64,000 nt of DNA from Bacillales bacterium (GCA_029006735.1 JAQXGN010000022.1:9640-73639); one strand, 5' to 3'; counted from the first letter of the stretch, positions 48,534 through 58,872 are shown. A program made the numbers and translations. The notes: a model not told the origin generated them from the sequence alone.

Positions 48534-50894
48534 TAACTTAATTGTTTGAAATGAAGAAATTTCTCCATTAGTCGCATTAATTTTAATATCCCCATTGCCA
48601 TTAGCTTTTATGACTGCTAAAGCACGTCCATAATAAACATCTGATGTATTAGAATTATATCCGTCTTCATTAAATGGACAAGCATGGCCAAACGCTAATA
48701 ATTCTCCATTTTCTATATCTAAAGTGATTTTCCCTTTGATTAATGGTTTAAATATACCATCTTGATCAGTATAAGCAACATTAACAAATACTAATTCATC
48801 TTTAGATACGCTTAATGATTCTGGAGAAAGAGAAATAATAGTGTCATTTTTCGCAGAAAACAAAGTATTTCTTCCAATTTCATGATGATTTTTGTCATAT
48901 GCAACTGCAGTAATTGATCCAGTTTTATATATTACATTAAAATCAAAACGGCAATTCTTTTTAAAACGTTTTTTGCCAACTAATTGATCATTAATAAATA
49001 ATTCAATATATTCTGCTTTTGAATAAACTTCAACATATGCTTTTTTTCCATCAAGTCCATTCCAAGACCAAGATGGAATCGCATTAGAAAACTTCCATGC
49101 ACTTGGCGAATGTTTTTCACCTGTATGTGATACTGGAACTACTGCAATTTGAGGTTTATCTTCTTTATCAAAGGCTACTTTTGTATAAAAAGCTTCACCT
49201 AATGGATTACCGATTAAGTCAATTCTTCCTGATCCTGCGGATACCCATCCTGGACCCCAATTAAAGTTTTTAGCGTACTCTTTATATTCCCAAGAACCAA
49301 CTCCTACTTCACCTAAATAATCCATACCTGCCCAAACAAAATCACCAATTAATGAAGGAATAATTTTTGCATACTCAAAAAATGCATATGCATCAGAACA
49401 GAATGTTTCACTACCTAAAATAATCCGATTTGAATATTTTTTACTGTCATGAATATATCGATTAATACCATAGTTATATCCTGCGACATCCATTTCTTTA
49501 TAGCAATCTCTAGTCTTTCTATCACATCCTGGAAGTTGAGCCATTGTTTTCATAAATCCAGCGCCAAATTTACCAGTTAAATCATTAAAGAATGCACTAC
49601 CGACTTTTGCTTGAGGATTCTTTTCTGCTTTTTCATCAGTATAAAAACCCAAACCGATACTATGAAGATAATTAAAGAAGATATTTACTCCTGTTGTTAC
49701 TGGTTTTTCACTATCGTGTTTTTTGCATTCTTCTTTCATTAATTTAAAGAATTCAATTCCCTTTTTTTGTCCAGTTTCAGCCACTTCATTCCCCAAAGAA
49801 AACATAATAACACATGGATGATTGTAATCTTTATCACACATGTCTTTAATATCTTGTTTATACCAATCTAAAACATAATTTGCATAATCATATTTAGTTT
49901 TATGAATATACCACATATCAACATATTCATCCATTACCATCATACCTAAATGAGAACAAGCATCTAACATTGATTTTGATAATGGGTTATGCGCACTTCT
50001 AATTGCATTATATCCATACTCTTTTAATAATTTTATTTTTCGATAACTTGCTTCTTTATAATCTTTTGCTCCTAATATTCCATTATCATGATGAATACAT
50101 GCACCTAAAATTAATGTTCTTTTTCCATTTAAAAGGAATCCATTTTCACTAGAAAAATCAATTGTTCTAATCCCAAATTCTTCAGAAACTATATCATCTT
50201 CAAACTTAGCTTCTAAACGATATAAATTAGGGTGTTCAACATCCCAAAGCTTAGCATTTTCAATCTCCATGTTTATCGTTTTTGATTCATTGATAAAATG
50301 ATTTTCTTCATTGACTAAACAATTCTTATCATCAAATACTTTTAAAGTTAAATTACCTTGATCATTAGTAGTTACTTTAACTTCGATTATGGCAGGGTTT
50401 ATTGATTTTGTATGTATTTTAATTCCATTTATTAGAATATGTTTCTTATCTTGAACTAATAAATGAACTGGACGATAAATTCCTGTTCCAGAATACCATC
50501 GAGAGTTAGGTTGGTCAGCATTTCTAGCGATTACTCTAATTATATTATCTTTTCCCCAGATGTATTTATTAGTAATATCAACATAAAAATTAGTATAGCC
50601 ATATGGTCGATACATCAATAATTCATCATTCAAATATACTTCTGCATTATGATAAACTGATTCAAATTCAATAGTTAATATTTTTCCTTTTAATGTTTCA
50701 TTTAATTGAAATACTTTGATATATTCATAATCATTTGCTAAAATCCATCCACTATTAACGCCACCTCGAGAAGAAATATCTCTTTTTTCCAAAATCATTG
50801 CATCATGAGGCAAGTCAATTCTTTGTAAATCACTATCACCTAATTTTCTATAAGACCAATCTTTATTAAAATCAATTATTTCCATATCTAACAC
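48528..50894 (-). CDS. Glycoside hydrolase family 2 (beta-galactosidase/beta-glucuronidase type), cytoplasmic
   Basis: YNAIRSAHNP and NHPCVIMFSLGNEV (acid/base Glu). N-terminal sugar-binding domain and C-terminal Ig-like domains. No signal peptide. Confidence 0.88.
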   Translation of the reverse strand: MLDMEIIDFNKDWSYRKLGDSDLQRIDLPHDAMILEKRDISSRGGVNSGWILANDYEYIKVFQLNETLKGKILTIEFESVYHNAEVYLNDELLMYRPYGYTNFYVDITNKYIWGKDNIIRVIARNADQPNSRWYSGTGIYRPVHLLVQDKKHILINGIKIHTKSINPAIIEVKVTTNDQGNLTLKVFDDKNCLVNEENHFINESKTINMEIENAKLWDVEHPNLYRLEAKFEDDIVSEEFGIRTIDFSSENGFLLNGKRTLILGACIHHDNGILGAKDYKEASYRKIKLLKEYGYNAIRSAHNPLSKSMLDACSHLGMMVMDEYVDMWYIHKTKYDYANYVLDWYKQDIKDMCDKDYNHPCVIMFSLGNEVAETGQKKGIEFFKLMKEECKKHDSEKPVTTGVNIFFNYLHSIGLGFYTDEKAEKNPQAKVGSAFFNDLTGKFGAGFMKTMAQLPGCDRKTRDCYKEMDVAGYNYGINRYIHDSKKYSNRIILGSETFCSDAYAFFEYAKIIPSLIGDFVWAGMDYLGEVGVGSWEYKEYAKNFNWGPGWVSAGSGRIDLIGNPLGEAFYTKVAFDKEDKPQIAVVPVSHTGEKHSPSAWKFSNAIPSWSWNGLDGKKAYVEVYSKAEYIELFINDQLVGKKRFKKNCRFDFNVIYKTGSITAVAYDKNHHEIGRNTLFSAKNDTIISLSPESLSVSKDELVFVNVAYTDQDGIFKPLIKGKITLDIENGELLAFGHACPFNEDGYNSNTSDVYYGRALAVIKANGNGDIKINATNGEISSFQTIKLQ

Positions 50895-50977
50895 CCTTTT
50901 CTAAGCGTATTATAAAATAATTTATAATTATTAAAAAGAAAATTACATATTTGGATGAAAAAACGGCGTATTTTGCA

Positions 50978-51409
50978 TCAAAAAATAATTCTTTGTTTTC
51001 CATAAAAATACTTTACTATTTGTCCTTCTTCAATGAATTGTATTAATGGGCAAGAAATAATTATTTGCTGATTTTGATTAAAATGAATATATGGAGCGTC
51101 TTTTTCTTGATAAGATATTAATTCATCGAAGCTTTTTTCTTTATTCACATTTATCCCATAAATAGTATTGCCTTCATCAATATATGATTTTAAGTAACTA
51201 TCCATCATATCAATACAATAAGAACATCTCAAAGAATAAAAAAAGACGACAAAATCGTCTTTATTTTCCATTTTTTCGACATACATAGAAAGTGAAATAT
51301 CACTCAATTTATTAAATAATCCTTCCTCAATATTTATTTCATCGTTTTTATTAGAACAGCTTATTAACATCAATAAGATAAGTACTACACCCATCTTTAT
51401 TTTTTTCAT
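50978..51409 (-). CDS. Thioredoxin-fold lipoprotein
   Basis: Lipobox LLMLISC at residue 18 and a CSYC (CxxC) motif. It overlaps the trmL stop by 4 nt. Confidence 0.7.
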   Translation of the reverse strand: MKKIKMGVVLILLMLISCSNKNDEINIEEGLFNKLSDISLSMYVEKMENKDDFVVFFYSLRCSYCIDMMDSYLKSYIDEGNTIYGINVNKEKSFDELISYQEKDAPYIHFNQNQQIIISCPLIQFIEEGQIVKYFYGKQRIIF

Positions 51410-51930
51410 TTATTTTTAATTTCCCTTTCTAAAAAATCTTCTCCTTTTATTGCTTCAATCGTTGATAAAGAAAAGAATTCTTGTTGTCTAGATGCTTCAT
51501 AAACAACAATCGCCACACTATTTGATAAATTCAAACTTCTCGCATTTTTCACCATTGGAATTCTGATCAAGTATTCCTCATTTGTTCTTAAAATATCATG
51601 AGGAATACCAGTTGATTCTCTACCAAACATAAAGTAAATATCCTCTGTAAAATCTGAATAATCATTAGAATCATAAGTAGTAGAAGCATATCTAGTTACA
51701 TAATAGATTTTTGCGTTTTTATTCTTTTTATAAAAATCATCGATATTATCATAAATTGTGTAATCGACTTCATCAAAATAATCCATTCCTGCACGTTTTA
51801 AAGATTTTTCATTTATTTCAAAACCTAGTGGTCTAATTAAATGAACTTTTGCACCTATCGCCATTGCAGTTCTGAATATATTTCCAGTATTTGCAGGTAT
51901 TTCTGGTTGAAACAAAACAATATGAATCAT
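51406..51930 (-). CDS. trmL: tRNA (cytidine/uridine-34 2'-O)-methyltransferase, SpoU/TrmL family
   Basis: MIHIVLFQPEIPANTGNIFRT start and a C-terminal SLNLSNSVAIVVYEA knot motif. Confidence 0.88.
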   Translation of the reverse strand: MIHIVLFQPEIPANTGNIFRTAMAIGAKVHLIRPLGFEINEKSLKRAGMDYFDEVDYTIYDNIDDFYKKNKNAKIYYVTRYASTTYDSNDYSDFTEDIYFMFGRESTGIPHDILRTNEEYLIRIPMVKNARSLNLSNSVAIVVYEASRQQEFFSLSTIEAIKGEDFLEREIKNK

Positions 51931-51946
51931 TTATTTGTCCTCCTTT

Positions 51947-53500
51947 TTAGATTATTTTTAAAGTAAAATCTTCTACATTAATAACTTGATCAACAAAGTC
52001 TTGATAGAATTCTTCATCATGAGAAACTAGAATAATCGTTCCTTTGAATTTTATTAATGCTTCTTTTAATGATTCTTTTGCCAAAGAATCTAAATGGTTT
52101 GTCGGTTCATCTAATACTAAAACATTATACTTTTCAATCATCAACTTAGCTAATCTAACTTTTGCTTTCTCTCCACCAGATAATACTTTAGTAACTGTCA
52201 TCATTTGTTCATTTAAAAGTCCAGAAGAAGCAAGTAATCCTCTAATCTCATTAGGTGTCATACTTGGATATAAATCCCAAATCTCATCTATTGGAGTTTT
52301 ATTTGTGCCATAGTCTTCTTGTTGGAAATATCCTACTTTAATATATGGATCACGAATCACTTCTCCACTATACTCCTTGAGCAATCCAATCAACGTTTTT
52401 AAGAATGTTGATTTTCCAATACCATTAACTCCTTTTAAAGCAATCTTTTTATTTCTTTCAAATTCGAAAGACATCTCTCTTGTTAAAGCTTCATCATATC
52501 CTAAGACTAAATTATTCCCTTTAAAACATACTTTACCAGGAGTCCTATCTTCTTTAAAAGAAAATGATGGTTTAACCTTTTCTTTGCCTAAAACTATTCT
52601 ATCCATTTTATCGAGTACTTTTTGTCGAGATTTAGCCATATTAGAAGTTGCAACACGTGCTTTATTTTTCGCGATAAACTCCTCTAATTTTTCAATCTCT
52701 CTTTGTTGACGAATATAACTAGCTTCTAGATTCCTTTTTTCTATTTCATAAACAGATAAGAAATTATCATAATTACCTTTATATCTAGTTAATGTTCCCC
52801 ATTCTAAATGGAGAATAACATTACATACCTTATTTAAAAATGAATTATCATGTGAAACAATCAAAAACGAATGTTCATAATTAATTAAATAATTAGTTAA
52901 CCATGCAATCTGGTTTTCATCTAAAAAGTTAGTTGGTTCATCTAAAACTAATAAATTTGGATTTTGTAATAATAATTTAGTTAATAAAACCTTAGAACGT
53001 TGGCCTCCTGATAAACTAGATACATCTTTATCTAAACCAATTTCCATTAAACCTAACCCAGAAGCAACTTCACCAATATTTGTTTCAATATTATAAAAAT
53101 CAGAAGAATCCAATATTGATTGAAGATTTCCTGTCATTTCAATTAATTTATCTAATTCTTCTCCCTCTAATTCTCCCATTTTCATATATGCTTCATTTAG
53201 TTTATTTTCAATATCATATAAATCTTGATATGCCTCTTTTAAAACCTCAAGAATCGTTTTTCCTTTTGTTAGAGTAGTATATTGATCTAAATATCCTAAT
53301 GTCAAATTCTTTGCTTTAATAATTCGTCCTTTATCAACTTCTTTATTACCAATAATACAATCGACTAAAGTTGATTTACCTTCTCCATTTGAACCTACTA
53401 ATCCCACTTTTTCACCTTCGTTTAAATTAAAAGAAGCATTGTTTAAAATGATTCTCCCACCAAAATCTAAAGTGATATTTTCAATTGAAATCAAGCTCAT
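51947..53500 (-). CDS. ABC-F family ATPase (two ABC domains, no TM domain). Subfamily not assignable by eye.
   Basis: GSNGEGKST and GVNGIGKST Walker A motifs. Two LSGG signatures (LSGGQRSK, LSGGEKAK). The interdomain linker reads QQREIEKLEEFIAKNKARVATSNMAKSRQK. Confidence 0.88.
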   Translation of the reverse strand: MSLISIENITLDFGGRIILNNASFNLNEGEKVGLVGSNGEGKSTLVDCIIGNKEVDKGRIIKAKNLTLGYLDQYTTLTKGKTILEVLKEAYQDLYDIENKLNEAYMKMGELEGEELDKLIEMTGNLQSILDSSDFYNIETNIGEVASGLGLMEIGLDKDVSSLSGGQRSKVLLTKLLLQNPNLLVLDEPTNFLDENQIAWLTNYLINYEHSFLIVSHDNSFLNKVCNVILHLEWGTLTRYKGNYDNFLSVYEIEKRNLEASYIRQQREIEKLEEFIAKNKARVATSNMAKSRQKVLDKMDRIVLGKEKVKPSFSFKEDRTPGKVCFKGNNLVLGYDEALTREMSFEFERNKKIALKGVNGIGKSTFLKTLIGLLKEYSGEVIRDPYIKVGYFQQEDYGTNKTPIDEIWDLYPSMTPNEIRGLLASSGLLNEQMMTVTKVLSGGEKAKVRLAKLMIEKYNVLVLDEPTNHLDSLAKESLKEALIKFKGTIILVSHDEEFYQDFVDQVINVEDFTLKII

Positions 53501-53602
53501 AAATCTTCCTCTAAATCGTAAATCGACTTATATATAATATAAAGAATTAACTAATAATACAACTTATTAACGAAAGATAAATATGATTTGTCCTTCCATA
53601 TA

Positions 53603-53629
53603 AAGTAAAAAGGTATGTATTACATACCT
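53603..53629 (-). terminator. Rho-independent terminator after glpK
   Basis: AGGTATGT (53611-18) pairs with ACATACCT (53622-29). TTTTTACTTT follows on the minus strand. Confidence 0.7.
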
Positions 53630-53637
53630 CTTAAACC

Positions 53638-55143
53638 CTAATTATTATCTTCCCAACCTTTGCACATTTTTACAGCTTTACGCCATTTACTTAAATAACC
53701 TTGTCTAATCGCATTATCCATATTAGGTGTATAAGATTGATCTAACGCCCAAATTTCTTTGATTTCATCTAAGGATGACCAAGTTCCTACATATAAACCT
53801 GCTAGGAAAGCTGCACCTAATGCTGTTGTTTCCATAATTTTTGCTCTTTCAACTTTAAAACAAGAAATATCTGATTGGAATTGCATTAAGAAGTTATTCT
53901 TTGATGCTCCTCCATCAACCTTAATACTTCTAATATCAATTCCTGTATCTAATTTCATCGCATCAATCAAATCATTAGTTTGATAAGCAATTGATTCTAA
54001 AGCTGCTCTAACAATATGATTTCGATTACTTCCTCGAGTTAATCCAAATATTGTTCCTCGAGCATACATATCCCAATGTGGTGCTCCTAAGCCAGTAAAA
54101 GCAGGAACAATATATACTCCACCATTATTTTTTGCTTTTATTGCAAAGTATTCTGAATCTGATGCATCAACAATGAATCTCATTTCATCTCTGACCCATT
54201 GAATAATAGCCCCACCAACGAATACTGAACCTTCTAAAGCATATTGTACTTTTCGATCTGCAGTTGCAGCAATAGTTGTGATTAATCCACTTTTCGAATT
54301 AACAAACTTTTCACCAATATTCATTAATAAGAAACATCCAGTACCATAAGTGTTCTTAATGTCACCTTTTTCAAAACATGCTTGACCAAATAATGCCGCT
54401 TGTTGATCACCTGCAACACCAGAAATAGGGATTTCATAACCAAATAAAGATACAGTACCAAAATCATCACTTGAATTTTTTACTTCTGGTAACATACACA
54501 TTGGAATATCAAAATATTCACATAGTTTTTCATCCCATTTTAAATTTTTTATATTAAATAACATTGTTCTAGAAGCATTAGTATAATCAGTCGCATGAAT
54601 CTTTCCATTAGTTAATTTCCACATTAACCATGTATCAACTGTACCAAATAATAATTCACCATTTCTTGCTCTTTCCCTTGCTCCTTCAACATGATCTAAA
54701 ATCCATTTAACTTTAGTCGCAGAAAAATAAGCATCTAATACTAAACCAGTATTTTCTTTAATATATTCTTCTAACCCATCTTTTTTCACTTGTTCAACAA
54801 TATCTGCTGTTCTTCTACATTGCCAAACAATCGCATTATAAATAGGTTTTCCGGTTTTTTTATCCCAAACAATTGTTGTTTCACGTTGATTAGTAATACC
54901 AATTGCTTGAATATGATTTGGATGAATACCACAACGAGCAACTGCTTCTGTTAATACAGAGTATTGCGATGCATAAATCTCCATCGCATCATGTTCAACC
55001 CATCCAGGATAAGGATAAATTTGTTTGAATTCTTTTTGTACGATATCAATAATATTCGCATAATTATCAAAAATAACGCATCTAGATGAAGTAGTTCCTT
55101 GATCTAAAGCAATAACATATCTTCTTTTCTTTACTTCCACCAT
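53638..55143 (-). CDS. glpK: Glycerol kinase
   Basis: [10 protein letters not shown] start, GITNQRETT, and FGGY-family signatures throughout. Confidence 0.96.
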   Translation of the reverse strand: MVEVKKRRYVIALDQGTTSSRCVIFDNYANIIDIVQKEFKQIYPYPGWVEHDAMEIYASQYSVLTEAVARCGIHPNHIQAIGITNQRETTIVWDKKTGKPIYNAIVWQCRRTADIVEQVKKDGLEEYIKENTGLVLDAYFSATKVKWILDHVEGARERARNGELLFGTVDTWLMWKLTNGKIHATDYTNASRTMLFNIKNLKWDEKLCEYFDIPMCMLPEVKNSSDDFGTVSLFGYEIPISGVAGDQQAALFGQACFEKGDIKNTYGTGCFLLMNIGEKFVNSKSGLITTIAATADRKVQYALEGSVFVGGAIIQWVRDEMRFIVDASDSEYFAIKAKNNGGVYIVPAFTGLGAPHWDMYARGTIFGLTRGSNRNHIVRAALESIAYQTNDLIDAMKLDTGIDIRSIKVDGGASKNNFLMQFQSDISCFKVERAKIMETTALGAAFLAGLYVGTWSSLDEIKEIWALDQSYTPNMDNAIRQGYLSKWRKAVKMCKGWEDNN

Positions 55144-55153
55144 ATTTACCTCA

Positions 55154-55495
55154 CTACATCTTTTTACATGCTACAATATTAACATCTGTACCTAAAATAT
55201 TCTCTAAAATCACATCACCAATGTTTACTGGAGAAGTAACTACAACATCATCTAATAATTTAATAACATCAAACATCAATCCTTTTGCAATTGCTTTATC
55301 AGTTTTTACTGGTAAACGATTAATATCTGAACCTTTAATTTTTACAGTTGAAGTAATGACTCTAACTGGATTTTTTATTTCATTGACACCATAGACTGCA
55401 CCACGAGGACAAGTATTTCCTTTTACTTCAAATGTTTCTTCATTAACTTGTAAATGGCATCCTCTTGGGCAAGCAATACAGATAAGTTCTTTCAT
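55154..55495 (-). CDS. DUF1667 domain protein (small Cys-rich partner of clostridial-type glycerol-3-phosphate dehydrogenase)
   Basis: [12 protein letters not shown]...GNTCPRG motif. 113 aa. Confidence 0.8.
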   Translation of the reverse strand: MKELICIACPRGCHLQVNEETFEVKGNTCPRGAVYGVNEIKNPVRVITSTVKIKGSDINRLPVKTDKAIAKGLMFDVIKLLDDVVVTSPVNIGDVILENILGTDVNIVACKKM

Positions 55496-55497
55496 AA

Positions 55498-56754
55498 TTA
55501 ATCCTCCACTGCAATTACAATCTCATCACCACAATCTTGTAATTGTTCTTTTGTTAATTTAATATTTTCCATCTCTGATGGAGCTAAATGTAGTTTCATA
55601 ACTTTATAGATTACTTTATCATTACTTCTTACTACAATTCTTTTCTTTTCCATCACTGAACGAACTCTAAAGAATATTCCTAAACTATCATCAACATTAT
55701 CAAGTCGAACTTTTTGAGGAACTGTATATCCAATCAAATTGCCATTTGTTAATTTAATTAATCTTCCTTTATCTTTTTTATCATGTAGTATGTATTTTGC
55801 CGCAGAAACTCCTGCTTTTGCTGCTTCTTGAGATACATAATCGACTAAATCATGAACATGTAAAACATTGCCACAAGCAAAGACTCCTTCAATACTTGTT
55901 TCCATATTTTCATATACTACTGGTCCATTTGTTCTACGATCAATAACAATACCTGCTTCTTTTGATAATTCATTTTCTGGAATTAAACCAACAGAAAGTA
56001 ATAACGTATCACAATCAAATTCGATTTCACTACCCTTAATTGGTTTTAGTTTATCATCAACTTTAGATACAATAACCTTCGATACTCTTCCATCAGACTC
56101 GATAATATCAGTTACTGTATGCGATAAATATAATGGAATATCAAAGTCATTTAAGCATTGAACAATATTTCTATTTAATCCGTTAGAATATGGCATTAAT
56201 TCACATACTGCAAGAACTTTAGCTCCTTCAAGAGTCATTCTTCTAGCCATAATTAATCCGATGTCACCACTACCTAAAATAACTACCCTTTTCCCAACTA
56301 AATAGCCATCCATATTAACGTATTTTTGGCATGCTCCTGCAGTAAAAATACCAGCACAACGATCTCCTGGAATAGAAATAGCACCACGTGTTCTTTCTCT
56401 ACAACCCATTGCCAAAATTACTGCTTTTGCTTGGCATACTTGATATCCTTCATCTTTATTGACATAGTGAACTTGCTTATCATTAGTCAAATGAATAACC
56501 ATGGAATTTGATTTAACTTGAACATTAGTTTTATTAACCATTTCAATAAATCTACCTGCATATTCAGGTCCAGTCAATTCTTCTTTAAAACGATGAAGAC
56601 CAAAACCATTATGAATACATTGATTTAAAATACCCCCTAAAGTATTATCTCTTTCAATAATTAAGATATCTTCTACACCTGCTTGATAAGCTTCATATGC
56701 CGCAGAAAGTCCTGCTGGACCTCCACCAATAATAACTAAATCATGTTTATTCAT
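55498..56754 (-). CDS. NAD(P)/FAD-dependent pyridine nucleotide-disulfide-type oxidoreductase
   Basis: IIGGGPAGLSAA and ILGSGDIGLIMA dinucleotide folds. It is the second subunit-like gene of the glycerol operon. Confidence 0.85.
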   Translation of the reverse strand: MNKHDLVIIGGGPAGLSAAYEAYQAGVEDILIIERDNTLGGILNQCIHNGFGLHRFKEELTGPEYAGRFIEMVNKTNVQVKSNSMVIHLTNDKQVHYVNKDEGYQVCQAKAVILAMGCRERTRGAISIPGDRCAGIFTAGACQKYVNMDGYLVGKRVVILGSGDIGLIMARRMTLEGAKVLAVCELMPYSNGLNRNIVQCLNDFDIPLYLSHTVTDIIESDGRVSKVIVSKVDDKLKPIKGSEIEFDCDTLLLSVGLIPENELSKEAGIVIDRRTNGPVVYENMETSIEGVFACGNVLHVHDLVDYVSQEAAKAGVSAAKYILHDKKDKGRLIKLTNGNLIGYTVPQKVRLDNVDDSLGIFFRVRSVMEKKRIVVRSNDKVIYKVMKLHLAPSEMENIKLTKEQLQDCGDEIVIAVED

Positions 56755-58219
56755 CGTCTTTTCCTCCTTTTGTATAAGATAAGACTATATTTGAACCCTC
56801 TTTATCTTGAAGAACTTCATCTGCTTTAATATGTAATTCTCTTTTAATAATTTCTAATACTTTTGGTCCACAGAATCCGCCTTGACATCTACCCATACCA
56901 GCATTTGTTCGACGTTTAATTCCATCGATGGAATTAACGACAAATGGACGATGTAAAGCATCGACAATTTCTCCTTCAGAAACTGTTTCACATCGACAAA
57001 TGATTTGACCATATTGAGGATTCTCTTTTATTTTTTGATTAATCTCTTCTTTTGTCATATCTTTATAAAATTTAGGTAAAGGTAATATATCCCAATCAAC
57101 TTTTTTATTTAATGAAGCACCACATTTTCTTAGTAATTCAACAGCTTCAAGGCCAAAAGCAGGAGCAGCAGTTAATCCTGGTGATTTAATTCCACCAAAA
57201 TTAATAAATCCTTTAACGTATGGACTTTCTTCAATAATAAAATCATCAAGTCCTGGGATAGTTGCTCTAACACCTGCAAAATTTCTAATATTATCTCTAA
57301 AAGAAATATCTTTTATACTGATTGAAGATGCAACTCTTACATAATCAAAAGCTTCACTTGTATTTGATACATCGTTTTTTGAACGAGCTGAATATGATGC
57401 ATTAGGACCAACAATTAAATTGCCATGAACAGTAGGGCTAACTAAGACACCTTTTCCTAATTCATTTGGTGTTTGGAAAACAACATGATTTGCTAATTTA
57501 CCTTGTGTTTTATCTAATAAATAGTATTCACCCTTAACTGGAACAATCTTAAATGATTTTGCTTTTAAATCATTATCATTTAAAACCATTTTATATACTT
57601 CATCAGCATATAATCCTGCTGCATTAATTACATAATCAGCTTCTATCATTTTTTTATTTGTAATGATTTGGAAAACGCCATCAACTTTATTAATCTCAAC
57701 TACCTTTGTAGATAATTTAATATCTACACCATTTCTAACTGCATTTTCAGCAAGAGCAAGTGCCATTTCCCAAGGAGATACAATACCAGCACTAGGAGCG
57801 TATAAAGCACAATCTACATCATCTTGAATATTTGGTTCTAACTCCCTAACTTCTTCTTTTGAAAGAATCTTCATACCTGGAACGCCATTTTTTATTCCAC
57901 GTTCATATAAAGTTTCAATTAATTTTCTATTTTCTTCATTACGACCAATAACTAGTGAACCAATCTTTTTATAATGCACATTTAATTTTGGAGCAAGTTC
58001 CTCATACATTTTATTACCTAAAACATTAAGTCTTGCCATATTTGTTCCTGGTAAAGGATCATATCCAGCATGAACAATACCAGAATTAGCTTTTGTAGTT
58101 GCCATAGCAACATCATTATTAGCCTCAATTAAGCAAACATTTATATCATATTTACTTAACTCAAATGCAATTGCAGTGCCTGTAATACCCGCTCCTATAA
58201 TTGCGACATTATATTTCAT
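56747..58219 (-). CDS. FAD-dependent glycerol-3-phosphate dehydrogenase/oxidase with a BFD-like [2Fe-2S] domain
   Basis: IIGAGITGTAIA FAD fold. C-terminal CRCETVSEGEIVDAL...CQGGFC motif. GGAGGGAAAT RBS. Confidence 0.88.
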   Translation of the reverse strand: MKYNVAIIGAGITGTAIAFELSKYDINVCLIEANNDVAMATTKANSGIVHAGYDPLPGTNMARLNVLGNKMYEELAPKLNVHYKKIGSLVIGRNEENRKLIETLYERGIKNGVPGMKILSKEEVRELEPNIQDDVDCALYAPSAGIVSPWEMALALAENAVRNGVDIKLSTKVVEINKVDGVFQIITNKKMIEADYVINAAGLYADEVYKMVLNDNDLKAKSFKIVPVKGEYYLLDKTQGKLANHVVFQTPNELGKGVLVSPTVHGNLIVGPNASYSARSKNDVSNTSEAFDYVRVASSISIKDISFRDNIRNFAGVRATIPGLDDFIIEESPYVKGFINFGGIKSPGLTAAPAFGLEAVELLRKCGASLNKKVDWDILPLPKFYKDMTKEEINQKIKENPQYGQIICRCETVSEGEIVDALHRPFVVNSIDGIKRRTNAGMGRCQGGFCGPKVLEIIKRELHIKADEVLQDKEGSNIVLSYTKGGKDDE

Positions 58220-58236
58220 AATTTCCCTCCTGCATT

Positions 58237-58251
58237 TTGAAAACGCTTACT
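58237..58251. promoter_or_regulatory. cre (CcpA catabolite-responsive element) in the leader of the glycerol operon
   Basis: tTGAAAACGCTTACT fits every fixed position of WTGNAANCGNWNNCW. It lies 18-32 nt upstream of the start codon. Confidence 0.6.
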
Positions 58252-58257
58252 TATACA

Positions 58258-58286
58258 ATTATAAACATCCTTTATATTGTTAGCAA
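58258..58286 (-). promoter_or_regulatory. Candidate sigma-A promoter of the glycerol operon
   Basis: Minus strand reads TTGCTA (58286-81), then 17 nt, then TATAAT (58263-58). Confidence 0.5.
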
Positions 58287-58292
58287 TATAAA
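58271..58292. promoter_or_regulatory. Perfect 22-bp palindrome (candidate repressor operator) overlapping the -35 and spacer of the glycerol operon promoter
   Basis: TTTATATTG-TTAG-CAATATAAA: 9-bp perfect inverted arms with a 4-bp spacer. Confidence 0.5.
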
Positions 58293-58339
58293 TGTTTTAA
58301 TGCAAGAAGAAGAAGAAAAAAAATAAAATATCAATAAAA

Positions 58340-58872
58340 TTAATATTTTACTTTATAAAAATATACACATTGATGAATCTTTCCTTCATACTATATAACA
58401 ATTATTTGTTCAGAAGGAATCATTCCAGTTTTTTCCATTACTCTTTTGAAGCGATTTTTTCAACAAAATATCCAGTATTTACTCGTTCATAACCTATTTC
58501 AAACAATTGATTAATTGCTTCTTTTAAAACCTCACTAGCATATCCATTATTATGATATAGAGAGTCTATTACATATCATAATTCTATTTCATTCTTATTG
58601 CTTTCTACATCATTAATAAATCCAATTAACCTATCATTTAGATAAATTCCATAAGTGAATCTATCTTCATCTTTAGAAAGCAGCATAAAATAATCGAATA
58701 TGATATGCTTCTTATTTGTATCAAGAAGAGGGATCATATATGTTTTTCTTATTTCTTCATCACATAAAATACTAAGCAAATTATTTTTATCTACTATTTC
58801 AATTGATTTTAATACTAATCTTTCTGCTTTGAAACTACTTTTTTCTTCATAATATAATCCTACAATCCACAA
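58340..58872 (-). pseudogene. GNAT (RimJ/RimL-like) N-acetyltransferase pseudogene
   Basis: The reading ...RLIGFINDVESNKNEIEL is stopped by TGA (58578-76). The same frame continues YVIDSLYHNNGYASEVLKEAINQLFEIGYERVNTGYFVE. The frame changes near the A6 run at 58455-60. It then reads NRFKRVMEKTGMIPSEQIIVI, TAG (58393-91), YEGKIHQCVYF. Confidence 0.75.

Noticed and set aside
51947-53500. The ABC-F ATPase as an antibiotic-resistance (ARE) determinant.
   Set aside because: The linker and length are compatible with housekeeping ABC-F proteins. It sits in a core operon with trmL. Subfamily assignment needs a phylogeny that I cannot perform.
58576-58578. Possible TGA=Trp (Mollicutes-type code 4), given the very low GC, the PASTA-less kinase and an in-frame TGA in the GNAT gene.
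   Set aside because: All long genes are intact under the standard code, and Trp is encoded by TGG throughout. The GNAT gene also carries a frameshift and a TAG. It is a pseudogene, not evidence of recoding.
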